A DNA stretch of 64,000 nt. It comes from Camelus ferus. Its lineage: Eukaryota. A program made the translations under genes and the position numbers. Shown piece after piece: positions 36,261 to 47,260 of the stretch; position 1 is the stretch's first letter; each line of letters opens with the position of its first letter. The stretch covers positions 109,432,001-109,496,000 of the forward strand of contig NC_045697.1 in NCBI RefSeq assembly GCF_009834535.1, given 5' to 3'. The notes under the pieces were generated by a model. The model saw nothing but the letters and a program-made list of their open reading frames with translations, had not been told where the DNA came from and did no database searches.

Positions 36261-37959
36261 TTATGTTATGGAAGAGTCCCAGCTGAGACTAGAAGCAAGT
36301 CTTTAAATTAATGAAGAAAAACAGAAAACTCACTGCTTTTCATTAAATATTGTTTTCAATATATATATATTCTTTGAATATATATATTCAATATATATAT
36401 AGTCTTTGCTTTTAAGACATAATTAAATCTAAATGTGTTGATTCTTTGTGTTTTATCCAAAGAGTTGTAATATAAATTTTCTTATAAGTCATTTTTTTTT
36501 CATCATCCCATTGAACTAGCAAAATATTATGATTCCTTTAACTAGGTTATCAGATTGTCTTCTACCAAAAGGCTTTTTGTACAAATGAATGACATTTAGG
36601 GCATATGAAACACGGAATCCTTGACTTTGTGCCTCTTCATTGCTTTTACCACTGACAGCATGCCTTTATGGGGGTGGATGTGTTCACTGGAATCTCAGCT
36701 TGTTTTTCCAGAGTGAGCAGCCTTGCTGAGCAGTGACAGATGTTTGGGTTCTGGGGTGGGGTCCCATGGGAGGATAGGTTAGGGTTGGCTAGGTGCACAC
36801 TGTAGGAGTGGAGAGCAAGTGTCAGGGGACCTTGGTGGGAGGGTCAAAGCAGCTTACGTGCATTTTTGACCATAAATAGTTGCAGTGTAATACCTGCCTG
36901 TAATGAACTCCAAAGCTGTAAATTCACTTTTTAATATATTTGTGTGTCCCTTGAATGAGAATTTGAAAGCACACTATGTCCTGCAGAGGAAAAGGAAGAG
37001 CATTAAGTCATAGTCTCAGCATTCAAGTTCTCATTCTGTTCGGGACTTGAGTTGTAAGCCCACAGCACATCAGTGGTGTGAGACAGTGCTGTAATTTTAT
37101 TGCCTGGCCAGAATGTCTTCTGCCACTAAAAGGAGATGGGCAATAAAATAATAAGGATTCAGGAAAATGGAGTTAGTCTGGGGACAGAATGGTAGGAGAG
37201 AGACTCATGAAGTAAGCGAGAGAGGACTTGAGAGGAATGAGGGACTTCAAATTGGAAGTGAATTGGGCAGACACAGGGTTCTGCCAGGGCACTGCTAACC
37301 AAAGCAGAGGGCTTTTTTTTTTGGTGTGGCAAACAGATCTCGTGGATAGGTACCAGATTTTGATAGCTTGAATTCTTGTGTGAGCAATTAAACTTTCTCA
37401 TGAATTAAAAAGGATCACAAGCTAGCCCTGTTCTTTCTTTCTGTAACATTTGATGTGTGACACAGTTGAATTAAGTCAGCCAAGTATTGCACTCCAAGGT
37501 GAATATGGACACTCGAGGCAGAAAGCCCTGTCTTCCGCTAAGGGAACACTCTAAATCATACGGATCAGCTGAATTTTGACTCTTAAATGGTTCTAGTTCT
37601 CTAGCAATTATACTTCAACACTCAGCCATCCAGGAGGGAAGCACCTCACCCCCACCTTTCTTGTCTGTCCTCTGAGTTCTGTTCAGTTTGATCTGTTATG
37701 AAGGTGAATCTGCCTCCTAAATTCCTGAACTCTTCTTTGATCTCTGAGCTGGTCACAAGGGAGGCTGGATGTGCTCCTTCTCTGTCTCACTCCCCCCAAA
37801 AAGTGCTCGAGCACGGAAGAAAAAAAAAGGATGAGAGAGATAGTGAAGAAGAAGATGGTTGCAAAGAAACAACTTATGTATAATTGGGCAACAAAGGAGA
37901 AAGACAAAACTGTGCGGTTGTACTGGTATTTAAAGTCCAAAAAACTTTCTGAAGGTAAA

Positions 37960-38450
37960 AAGGAGACTTGAATCTATCTTGAATTTTTAAATTGGAAGAG
38001 CCCATCAAGTATCTGGGGAAATTAACCCAAAAAGACCTATGTGGAGATATATTCTCAAAAAAGCATTAGACTTCGAAGAAAAGGAAAAAAAAAATTCTCA
38101 AGGACTCCTTGTGAAAAGATGGAGTAACATGAGGGAAACAAGGGTTTGATGATCATCACACTTCTCAAAATAACATACAAAGCAAGGCCACAGTGGAACA
38201 GAATTAGCAGAAGATGTTAAAGTGACAACCATGGATACATGATGCTTCAAGTGTCAAAGTTAGAAAATAGTTCAGTTTTAAAGATACACAACCTCAGGGA
38301 ATTCTGCACCTTTGAGCCCTTGTTGAGGAATTTGTGAGAGAATGCACTTCAGTTAGCCAAGAAGTGACTGGGGGAACTTCAACAAGGTGACCGATGGCAA
38401 GCATTGCATATTTTGTTTGCAGATCTAAGACTAACGTGGGGGGAGAGACC
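37960..38450 (+). mobile_element. HAL1/ancient L1 ORF1-region remnant
   Basis: A-rich degenerate ORF1-like sequence including ctcagggaattctgcacctttgagcccttgttgaggaat. Confidence 0.6.
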
Positions 38451-38511
38451 AGGATGGGAGAGAAGAAACCGTCCCTGTAATCTTAGTGGGAAGCTCTTGG
38501 AGGTGGTTTTC

Positions 38512-38870
38512 TGTCTCAGTGTGGGTTCCTTAGAAGCTGATGCTGAGACAGAGTTTGGTGTTGGGATATTTCTGAAGGATTAATGCCTGTGGAAGGGAGG
38601 GGGCAGAAGCAAGATGGGGCAGAGGGAGAGGTCAGCTGTGTCCAGGTCTGCAGAGCCTTGGCCAGCACCCCAGGGAGCTTTGCAGGGAGCTTTGGAGTGC
38701 TTACGGCCCATCAGAGCTGTCCAGTCTTGGGCTGGAATGGTTGGGCTCTTGCACCCTGTCTTCATCCACCCCTGGGGGTGGACTGCCCTTTGAAGGACAT
38801 GTTTTTGAGTGCGTGGCCGAGGAAGACCCTGCAGGAGCTGGCCGCTGGAGGCTGTCTGCCCACCGCTCTC
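38512..38870 (-). mobile_element. LTR16-like ERVL solo LTR
   Basis: tgtctcagtgtgggttccttagaagctgatgctgagacagagttt...ggggcagagggagaggtcagctg...gcccatcagagctgtcc. Confidence 0.75.
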
Positions 38871-40375
38871 TGCATCACCACTAGCTCGACTCAGTGCCCA
38901 CCATACCTTTCCTTTTGGAGAGGCCTGTGGTCAACGTGATAATTTAGACCATTGCGGTAGACCTCTGTTCTTTGGTGAGTTCCCAGAATCTTCTGAACCT
39001 CCTCTCCGCATTTGGAGAGCTCTCTCTCTTGTGAATCCCGACTTTCCACAGAGAATACACAACAAAACCCCCAAACATACGGACCTCTCACACTTTTATT
39101 ACCAGCCTCTCTGGCTGTTTGGGGGCAGACATATGACTTCAGATCTGCCAGTTTGAGTGTGATCCCCGAGCAAGACTTGCATTTGGAAGTGAAATGTGAA
39201 AAAACAGGCCAGGCTGGAAATACCCATTCTGAGGGTGGGGTGACTTCCGAGGCAGCTTTCTGATCACAGGAGAGCTGGGCGGTTCCGGCTGGTAGCCAGC
39301 CGCTCCTTTGTGAGATGACTTCTGTAATGTGATTTCGCCTAAATCCTAGGACTGGGTCATAATTGAGTTCCTGGTTGCAATAAATGCCTGGAAAACTTGT
39401 AGAATGGATTCTGTCACAGGCAACTAAGAACCTGACACAGGCATAGAATGGATTGTGGGGGAGATATCCTGGGGGCAGGGAGATTATAAAAGACACTGAG
39501 TGTAGTCCAGGTGGGAACCAGTGAAGGCTTGAACTAGGAAGGACTTAGTGGACGAGCATAAGGGTGGGTTCAAGGAGAGTATGGAAGAAGGAATGCGTTG
39601 CATTTCGTGATGGTTAGAATAAGGAAATGAAGGGAGAAAAGTCAGGCAGCATTCAGTGTTTCCTCTGGGGGATGGATTTTGGTGTGACAGGAATGTTTGG
39701 GTATATGTGGATGATAGGGAGACAGACATGCTTCTCAATTTTTACCCTCCTGTGTGTTGGGTTTCTTATATAAGCTTATAATATTTTCATGATTTTCAAA
39801 AAGATAGTTCTGAGGTTTGAGCCAGGAGGATCAGAAAAATTGGGGTGTCCATATATCAAATTTTGCTATGTGCATTATACCTGTTTGAACATGTTATTGT
39901 TTTTAATCTGAGAAGTCATAAGCAGTCAAATGAGGGAAGGTGGCATAAAGTTAGAAAATTAGGTAGCTGTTACATTTGAATCCTAAGTTCAGAACTTGAG
40001 CACAGTTATTCTGAGTTTTGGCTGTGTAGCAAATGATGTGCTAGATTCTGTAAATGTTTTCTCATTTAGTGCTTTCTTCTCACCTCTGTATTGTCAGTAA
40101 TGTCATTCACTAAATAAACTCCTGGTATACATTGATTAAAGATGTATCTCATAGATTTCCTTGAATTGAGGGATGTGATTTAGTGTTTGCTTTAAACAAA
40201 AAAAGATGGTACGTTTTTATCTGTGTAGAACTCTTGTCACTATAATGCTTTTTAAGTTATTAATAATATATCTTAAAAATGAAAATAGTTTAACCTTGGG
40301 TTAATCTACAAGTCAGGAATATACATCACCCTTCCACAATTAACAATGAATTTAATATTTACGTATTAATTAGTT

Positions 40376-40510
40376 TAGTGATTCTCAACCCTGGCCACAC
40401 TTTAGAATCTCCTGGGGAGTTAAAAAAAATAACAACAAAAAACTGGTGCTACTGGCCGCACCCTAAAGTAATTGAATCAGAATATGGGCAGCCAAAGTTG
40501 ACACTGCTGC
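40376..40510. mobile_element. MER5-family fragment
   Basis: agtgattctcaaccctggccacactttagaatctcctggggag...tgaatcagaat. Confidence 0.7.
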
Positions 40511-40757
40511 ATCAGGATTGCTTTTGTAATAGCCCAGCGGCTGCTTTCATGGTGCCCTGGTTTTGATCTTGCTCCCTGGAATATGATCTGTCAGGAAGAG
40601 GATGACAATGTTCATTTTGTAGAAGGCTAAATTTTCATTTTCAGATGAAAGCACGTCTGATGATGTGAACGGGTATGAAACACTCATCCCTATATTATAA
40701 TTTTGATACCTGACTCTCATTTGTCAAAGAATATGTGTATGAGACAGCCCAAATATT

Positions 40758-41314
40758 CTTTTAAGTTAAACTCTTTTATTGAAGTATAGTCAGTTATAAT
40801 GTGTCAGTTTCTGATGTACCACATAATGTCCCAGTCATGTATAATTATACATATCTTCATTTTCATATTCCTGTGCATTAAAGGTTATTACAAGATATTG
40901 AATACAGTTCCCTGTGCTATACAGAAGAGATTTTTTATTTATTTTTATATAAAGTGATTAACATTTGCAAATCTCAAACTCCCAAATTTATCCCTACCCC
41001 CCCCTTCCCCTGGTAACCGTAAGATTGTTTACAATGTCTGCGAGTCTTTTTGTTTTGTAGATGAGTTCGTTAGTGTCCTCTTTTTTCTTCTTCTTTTTTT
41101 TTTTTAGATTCCACATATGAGTGGTATCATATGGTATTTTTCTTTCTCTTTCTGGCTTACTTCACTTAGAATGACAATCTCCAGGTCCATCCATGTTGCT
41201 GCAAATGGCATTATTTTATTTTTTATGGCTGAGTAGTATTCCATTGTATAAATATACCACAGCTTCTTTATCCAGTCATCTGTTGATGGACATTTAGGTT
41301 GCTTCCATGTCTTG
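40758..41314 (-). mobile_element. L1 3' end
   Basis: tttattgaagtatagtcagttataatgtgtcag...gatggacatttaggttgcttccatgtctt; TSD agacagccca. Confidence 0.92.
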
Positions 41315-41739
41315 AAGACAGCCCACAGTTGAATCAGATTTTGGATAGTTTTCTTTTTTTTTCAGTCTTTGTCCTGTTTTTCCCTATCATCCCTGTCTGG
41401 TTTTGAATTTAAGGTCTATCCACGCAGGAGTCTTAGAGCCTTCAGATCCAAGAGGATGCATACCTGGGGCAACTTTGAAGCCTTTCTGAGGGACCTATAA
41501 TACAAAGGGAATCAATTTCAGATTCTTAGATCTTGGGTGTTACCAGTCCGAATATTGACCTGCCCGAGGAAATGCCTGTGGCCCAGGTGGCCTGCTGACT
41601 CTCCTTGTAGAATTACCACTCTTTACAGGGAAGGCACACCTCTCATCTACCCCTGGTCATAAGGGTGCCAAGAAAAGGGATAATTAAAAAACTGGTGTGG
41701 CTGCTGAGAGAGGGAATGACTCAAAGGACTAGGTAAACG

Positions 41740-42100
41740 GTCCTTTGCAAATAAATTTCCCATTCTTTACTTGCAGTAAAATTGAAAGAAGACTTCGTTG
41801 AGTGGTCAACTGAGAGATTATAAAATATTATTTTTAAATTATTTATTAAATAATTAATATTTGATATTAAATTAAATTAGTTATTAAATAATGAATATTT
41901 ATTATATTAAATAGTGATTAAATATTATTAGTCTTTGCTAGAAAAATCTTTTTCTATTTCCATCCACCTGTTTATGTGAGCACATTTTCTCAGTGCCTAC
42001 ATCTATAAGAACTAAACATAATAATAGCTTTCATGTGGAATCTTGTCTTATTCCAGTAATAAGTAATAATCTTCAACAAGGAATGACTAATGGGAGGGAA
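41740..42100 (+). mobile_element. hAT (Charlie) transposase C-terminal fossil; the element probably extends about 41420-42670
   Basis: Frame from 41954 reads LFPSTCLCEHIFSVPTSIRTKHNNSFHVE, like the hAT dimerization motif (LPFPTTYLCExxFSxLxxIKTKxRNRL); upstream KLKEDFVEWSTERL* has a stop. Confidence 0.75.
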
Positions 42101-42202
42101 AGTACCGTCCATGTCATTAAGATATACGTTTCCAGTAAAATTTTACTTAGAATACTTTATAATATTTCTTTGGTCAGTTTTGTTTTTATGATACTATTAT
42201 AT

Positions 42203-42302
42203 TTATTATTATTGTTATTTTTAATGGAGGCACTGGGAACTGAACCTAGGACCTCATGCAAGCTAAGCATGTGTTCTACCACTGAGCTATACCCTCCCCC
42301 CC
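42203..42302 (-). mobile_element. tRNA-derived camelid SINE (short-tail form)
   Basis: ggaggcactgggaactgaacctaggacctcatgc...ctgagctataccctcccc. Confidence 0.9.
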
Positions 42303-44239
42303 AACTAATTGTATTTAATTCAATTTAGAAGAAACTTTTAACACTGATTTTAATGGTTAAATCCATAAATCTCAATTTGTTTACAGATTTTTGAGGTATG
42401 ATGGATTTGCAAGCATAGGAGGCTGTTAGGATGGGATCCTGTGCGGAGAGTGGAATGGAAAGATGAGGTCAAGAAGAAAGGGAAATGATGTACAATTTCC
42501 AACTCTTAAGGAGTTTATTCATGTATTTTTTTAAAATGGCTGTTGGTGTGTGGGAAATGGTGATGGAACTTAAACTAGAATAGATATATTTAAAAGCGAT
42601 ATAATAAATAATTTTATTTAAAAATCATTGTTCACAATATGCCAGAAATCATAGTCTTTGCAACCATTTAAAATTACAGTGTGAGATTTTTGCATGTTAA
42701 CTTAAAAATGCATAGGGTACATAGTTTTTCCAAATCTGCTTTCGGATTATGCGGACAGAAATGTGAAGGCCTGTCGCGGGGGCGGGGATGGGGAGGAAGA
42801 CAGGGTCATTTACTTTTCTTCCTTCATTAAAATAGCTGGAAGGATGATACACTTGGATATTTTTAAGCCTCTCAGCAATATTTGAACAAAAAAAGGATAG
42901 TTGCCAAATTTTATTATGGTGTCCAAAAATGCACACCCTTTTTTTTTTTTTCCCTAAGATGACTTAACTTTTCCAGGCCCATTCTGTCTGAGCCTTTGTT
43001 GATAACATTCCTGTCATCTCCCTGCCTTCTGCCTTCCTCCTGCGCTCTTCCATTTGAGATACGCAGGCCCGTTTGTGTTATCAGTAGACGGTGGTTGGGT
43101 TTTAACTCACCAGTTTGTCCTCCTCAGGTATGCCTTTATCTTTTGCTAATTTTCATTTTTATCTGTTGGTTTTAGTTATCAAGGAGTCTAGAGAGATTGG
43201 GAATGCCCGGAGAAGTAGATGGAGCCCTGGAGAAAGGCAGGATACACATGGTCGCCTGCTATTGCCAGCAAGCTGTTTGAGTTTACAGATCCTTTATGTC
43301 ACTGGAGTGCACGGTGGGGCGGGGTCGGGGGCGGGGAGCTGGTGTATGTCTGTCTTGCTGCCTTCACCTGAGCACGTTTGTGCCCTTAGTGGAGGAAACT
43401 GTGAGATCTGACTACAGAAAGCTTATTTCTGTTGTTTCTGGATCTCGTCTGGGTAGGATAGGACTTCTCTATCAGTTTTGAGTTGATAGTTTTGAAAAGA
43501 TATACTAACCAAAATATATTTATCAAATGAGTAAACTGAAGATCGGAAAAGGGCAGAAAGAGTTCAGTTTGGTTTTCACACTTGGTGAACTGATTAGATC
43601 TTGGGCGAACAGGACAGGGATCCTTGTTTTCTTGTTGGTTCTCTGAGTTCCAGCACGGAGGTTTCAGAGCAGTGCAGAAGCTGCCACGACAGAGAAATAT
43701 TTAATAAGAAATGTAACACTTGTGAACTTGGGCTCTGTTCAAACATGCCTTCCTGCTTCATTCTAGCTGCTGTATTAATGGATGCATCTCCCATCTGGTT
43801 GGTAGCCAGTGTCTTTGTGTTGGCACTTGGAGAAGAGGAAAGGGGACACAGATGATATATTTGATTGCTGGGTGGTTTAAATGTCAGCACATTAAGACAT
43901 GCCCTTGTGAAAATGAATATGGCCCTTAAGGATTTTAGCCAAAATTACCTCTGTGTTATATCATGCTAATATTTGTTAAGAATTATGCTAAAAACTCAAC
44001 TTTTGACTTATTTTTTTTTTGTGCCTAGTGAGATTTAGGGCATGGTTGGGATTATAACGAAATTTATTAAATGCAGAACACTTACTGATTTTTTTAAGAT
44101 GTCAAGTCCCAGATAAGTCTCGCTCTCCCTGTCTCTCTCTCTCTTTTTTTTTTTTCCCTCTTACTCTTATGGATTTTAAGTGATGCCTTTGAGCAGCCTT
44201 TTTTTCAGGTACCATTTTTCCCTCAGATGTGGCCTGGCA

Positions 44240-44840
44240 CAGACTTTGGAAGCAGAAACCTGGGTTTGAGACCTGGTTCAGCCCCTCACCCTGGGAAAGC
44301 TTGGTCAAGCAAACCCCTGCAAGCCTTGATTTCACTTCTGTAAAACAGACTAATGTCCGTTTGCCACAGCTGCTGGGAAGGTTTAGTGCACGTGCACATA
44401 AAGCTCGTGGTGTGGGCTCCACTCAGTAGCAAACACTCCCCGACAGGACGGGAGGCTGTCGTCAAGCAAGTGCCTTGTGACTCTAGCACCTCAGTGGCTT
44501 TGCCCTGGGCCAGTTTGTCTCAGCTCCCGTGAGAACTGCTGCTTAAACGATGAGAAACGAGTCAAGAATGTGTAGTGACGTAAGTAGGAGGACATGTTTC
44601 CGTTTTCAAAATGGAAATCATTTTTTCATTTAAATGCTTAAGAGATCGCAAAGCTTGTTTTTGAGTGCCTGCTTTGTGCTCGACACTTTAAAGCCCTTTA
44701 CAAATGGAATCTCATTCAATCCTCCAGAAAAACTGTGAGCTGGATACTATTAAGGTGGGTGGAATTACCATCCCCATTTTATAATAGGAAACTAAAGTTA
44801 CAGTTAATACTCACTCAAGCTTGCTCAGCTGGGAGGTGTA
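44240..44840. mobile_element. Two MIR fragments (about 44240-44420 +, about 44655-44840 -)
   Basis: cctgggtttgag...cttctgtaaaac; gaatctcattcaatcctc...tccccattttata. Confidence 0.6.
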
Positions 44841-44934
44841 ATGCCTGTTAATTTTTTTCTTAGAAAATACCGTAGAATATAAGGAAGAAAATTAAAGCAC
44901 CTTTATGGAAATAGTTACTGTATTTTAAAAAACA

Positions 44935-45905
44935 GCAGCTTTATTGAGATTTAATTTACAGTTCACACAATCCCACATGCATGCACCCTGTGTAGGTGCC
45001 CAGTCCAGTGGTTTTTAGTATATTAGCAGCTGTGTAGTCATCACCACCATCTAATTTTATTTTTATTATTTTATTTTTATTTTTATTTTTTTAAACTTTT
45101 TTTTAATGAGTTATAGTCATTTTACACCACCATCTAATTTTAGAACATTTTCGTCACCCTCAGAAGAAACCTCACACCCATTTGCAGTCACTTCCCATCC
45201 TTTCAATCCAGTCCCTGACAACCACCAGTTTACTTTCTGTCTTTCTGGGCTTGTCTGCTCTGAATATTTTATATAAAGGGAATCATGCAGTATGTGGTCA
45301 GTCTTTTGCGACTGGCTCCTTTCATTTGACATAATGTTTTCAAAGTTTACCACATTGTAGCATGCTTCAGTATTTCTTTCCTTTGTATTACCAAATAACG
45401 TGCCCTTGTGTGGATATACCACATGTCTATCCATTCATCAATCTCTGTACTTTTGAGATGTTTCCAGTTTGGGGCTGTTATGAATAATGCTGCTGTGAAC
45501 ATTGGTGTGCAGGTTTTTGTGTGGACATATGTTTTTAATTCTGTTAGGGATATATAGCTCAGTGTGGATTTGCTGGTTCCTATGGTAACTCGATGTGCAA
45601 CATTTTGAGGAACTGCTGAGCTGTTTTCCAAAGTGTCTGGACCATTTTATATTCCGACCAGCAGTGAATGAGGGTTCAGATTTCTTTACACCCCCATCAG
45701 CACTTATTAGCTGACTTTTTGATTATAGCTGTGCTAGTGGGTATGAAGTATCTCATTTTGGTTTGGATTTGTATTTCTCTAATGACTAGTCATGTTGAGC
45801 ATCTTTTTATGTGCTTATTGGCCATCTGTATTCTTTGGAGAAATGGCTGTTCAGTTCCTTTGCCCATTTTTAATTGGGTTAATTGTATCTGTTGTTGAGT
45901 TGTAT
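44935..45905 (-). mobile_element. L1MB-type 3' end with ORF2 remnant
   Basis: ORFs 45117-45631 are ORF2-like (KTYVHTKTCTPMFTAALFITAPNWK); contains a nested younger insert. Confidence 0.9.
45060..45124 (-). mobile_element. Ultra-short young L1 tail nested in L1MB
   Basis: T-rich tail plus aatgagttatagtcatttta; perfect 18-bp TSD caccaccatctaatttta at 45042 and 45125. Confidence 0.88.
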
Positions 45906-45977
45906 ACTGAAAGTTTTTAATGTATCCTACCAGAACTTTTTTCTGTTAAATAGTGTATTATTTTTACTGTACATTTT

Positions 45978-46155
45978 AATTTTTTTAATTAAAAAATTTT
46001 ATTGAAGTACAGTCAGTTATAATGTGTCAGTTTCTGGTGTGCAGCACAATGTCCCAGTCATGCATATACATACATATATTCATTTTCATATTTTTTTCAT
46101 TAAAAGTTATTACAAGATGTTGAACATAGCTCCCTTTGCTATACAGAGGAAACTG
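45978..46155 (-). mobile_element. Short L1 3' end
   Basis: TSD tttttactgta(c/t)atttt. Confidence 0.88.
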
Positions 46156-46221
46156 TTTTTACTGTATATTTTTTAAATAAGATTTTTTGACACATATAAC
46201 CTTGTAACTTGATATTTTCCC

Positions 46222-46902
46222 TTTTTTCCAGCTTTACTGAGATATAATTGACAAACATCACTGTGTAAGTTTAAGGTGTACGGTGTAGTGAGTTGACTTA
46301 CATATATTGTGAAATGATTACTACAATAAGTTTAGTGAACATCCATGTTGAATTGATACAATAAAAAGAAAAAGCAAAACATGAAAAAATTTTTTTCCTT
46401 GTGTTAAGAACTCTTAGGATTCACTCTCTCAACAACTTTCCTGTATATCCTACAGCAGCGCTAACTGTAGTCGTCATGTTTTACATTACGTCCCTGGTAC
46501 TTACTTATCTTGTAACTGGAAATTTATACCTTTTGACGCTTGCCTCCAATTCCCCCTTCCTTCATCTGCCACCTCTGGTAACCATATGTCTGATCTCTTT
46601 TTCTGCAAGTTTTTGGTTTTTAGATTCCATACATAAATGAGATCATACACTATTTATCTTTCTCCGTCTGACTTACTTCACTTCGCACAATGCCCTTAAG
46701 GTCCATCCATGTTGTTGCAAATGGCAGAATTTCGTTTTTTTTTTTTTTTTATTTTAATGGCTGAGTAATATCCCATTGTACACATATACCACATCTTCTT
46801 TATCCATTCATCCATCGGTGGACACTTAGGCTACTTCTGTGTCCTGGCTGTTGTAAATAATGCTGCTCTGAACACGGGGGTGCAGATATTTTTTTCAAGT
46901 TA
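46222..46902 (-). mobile_element. L1MA9-like 3' end
   Basis: cagctttactgagatataattgac...ggtggacacttagg; same family as the 5200 element. Confidence 0.88.
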
Positions 46903-47059
46903 TTGTAGCTTGGTTTTTAAACTTAATGTATTCTGACCATCGCTTCTCATGTTTGCTTTGTAGTACATTATATAAATGTTCCATAATTTAAAGTCTAATA
47001 CTTTATGGGATTTATTTAAAAGGAAAAAAGAAAAAAAACCCACATTTGCATTTGCATCT

Positions 47060-47260
47060 TTGAACAGTTACTTCTTTAGGAGGCATTCCGAGAACTGGAA
47101 TTACTGGGTCAAAAAGTGGGCATGTGTTAAAGCCTTTGAAAGATATTCCCAAATTGCCCTCCTGAAAGGTGGTTCTGAGTTTTAGTCTCATGCCAGGGTT
47201 TTAGGGCTGCTGTTTGCCCACAGACTTCCCAGCACTGAGCCACCAGCATTTTGTTAATCT
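47060..47260 (-). mobile_element. Old L1ME-type fragment
   Basis: ggaattactgggtcaaaaag...ccaaattgccctcctgaaaggt. Confidence 0.55.

Noticed and set aside
36374..36391. 18-bp palindrome ttgaatatatatattcaa
   Set aside because: Mostly a by-product of (TA)n slippage.
38891..39496. Longest ORF (201 aa, minus strand)
   Set aside because: No recognisable domain, non-ATG start, random-looking composition.
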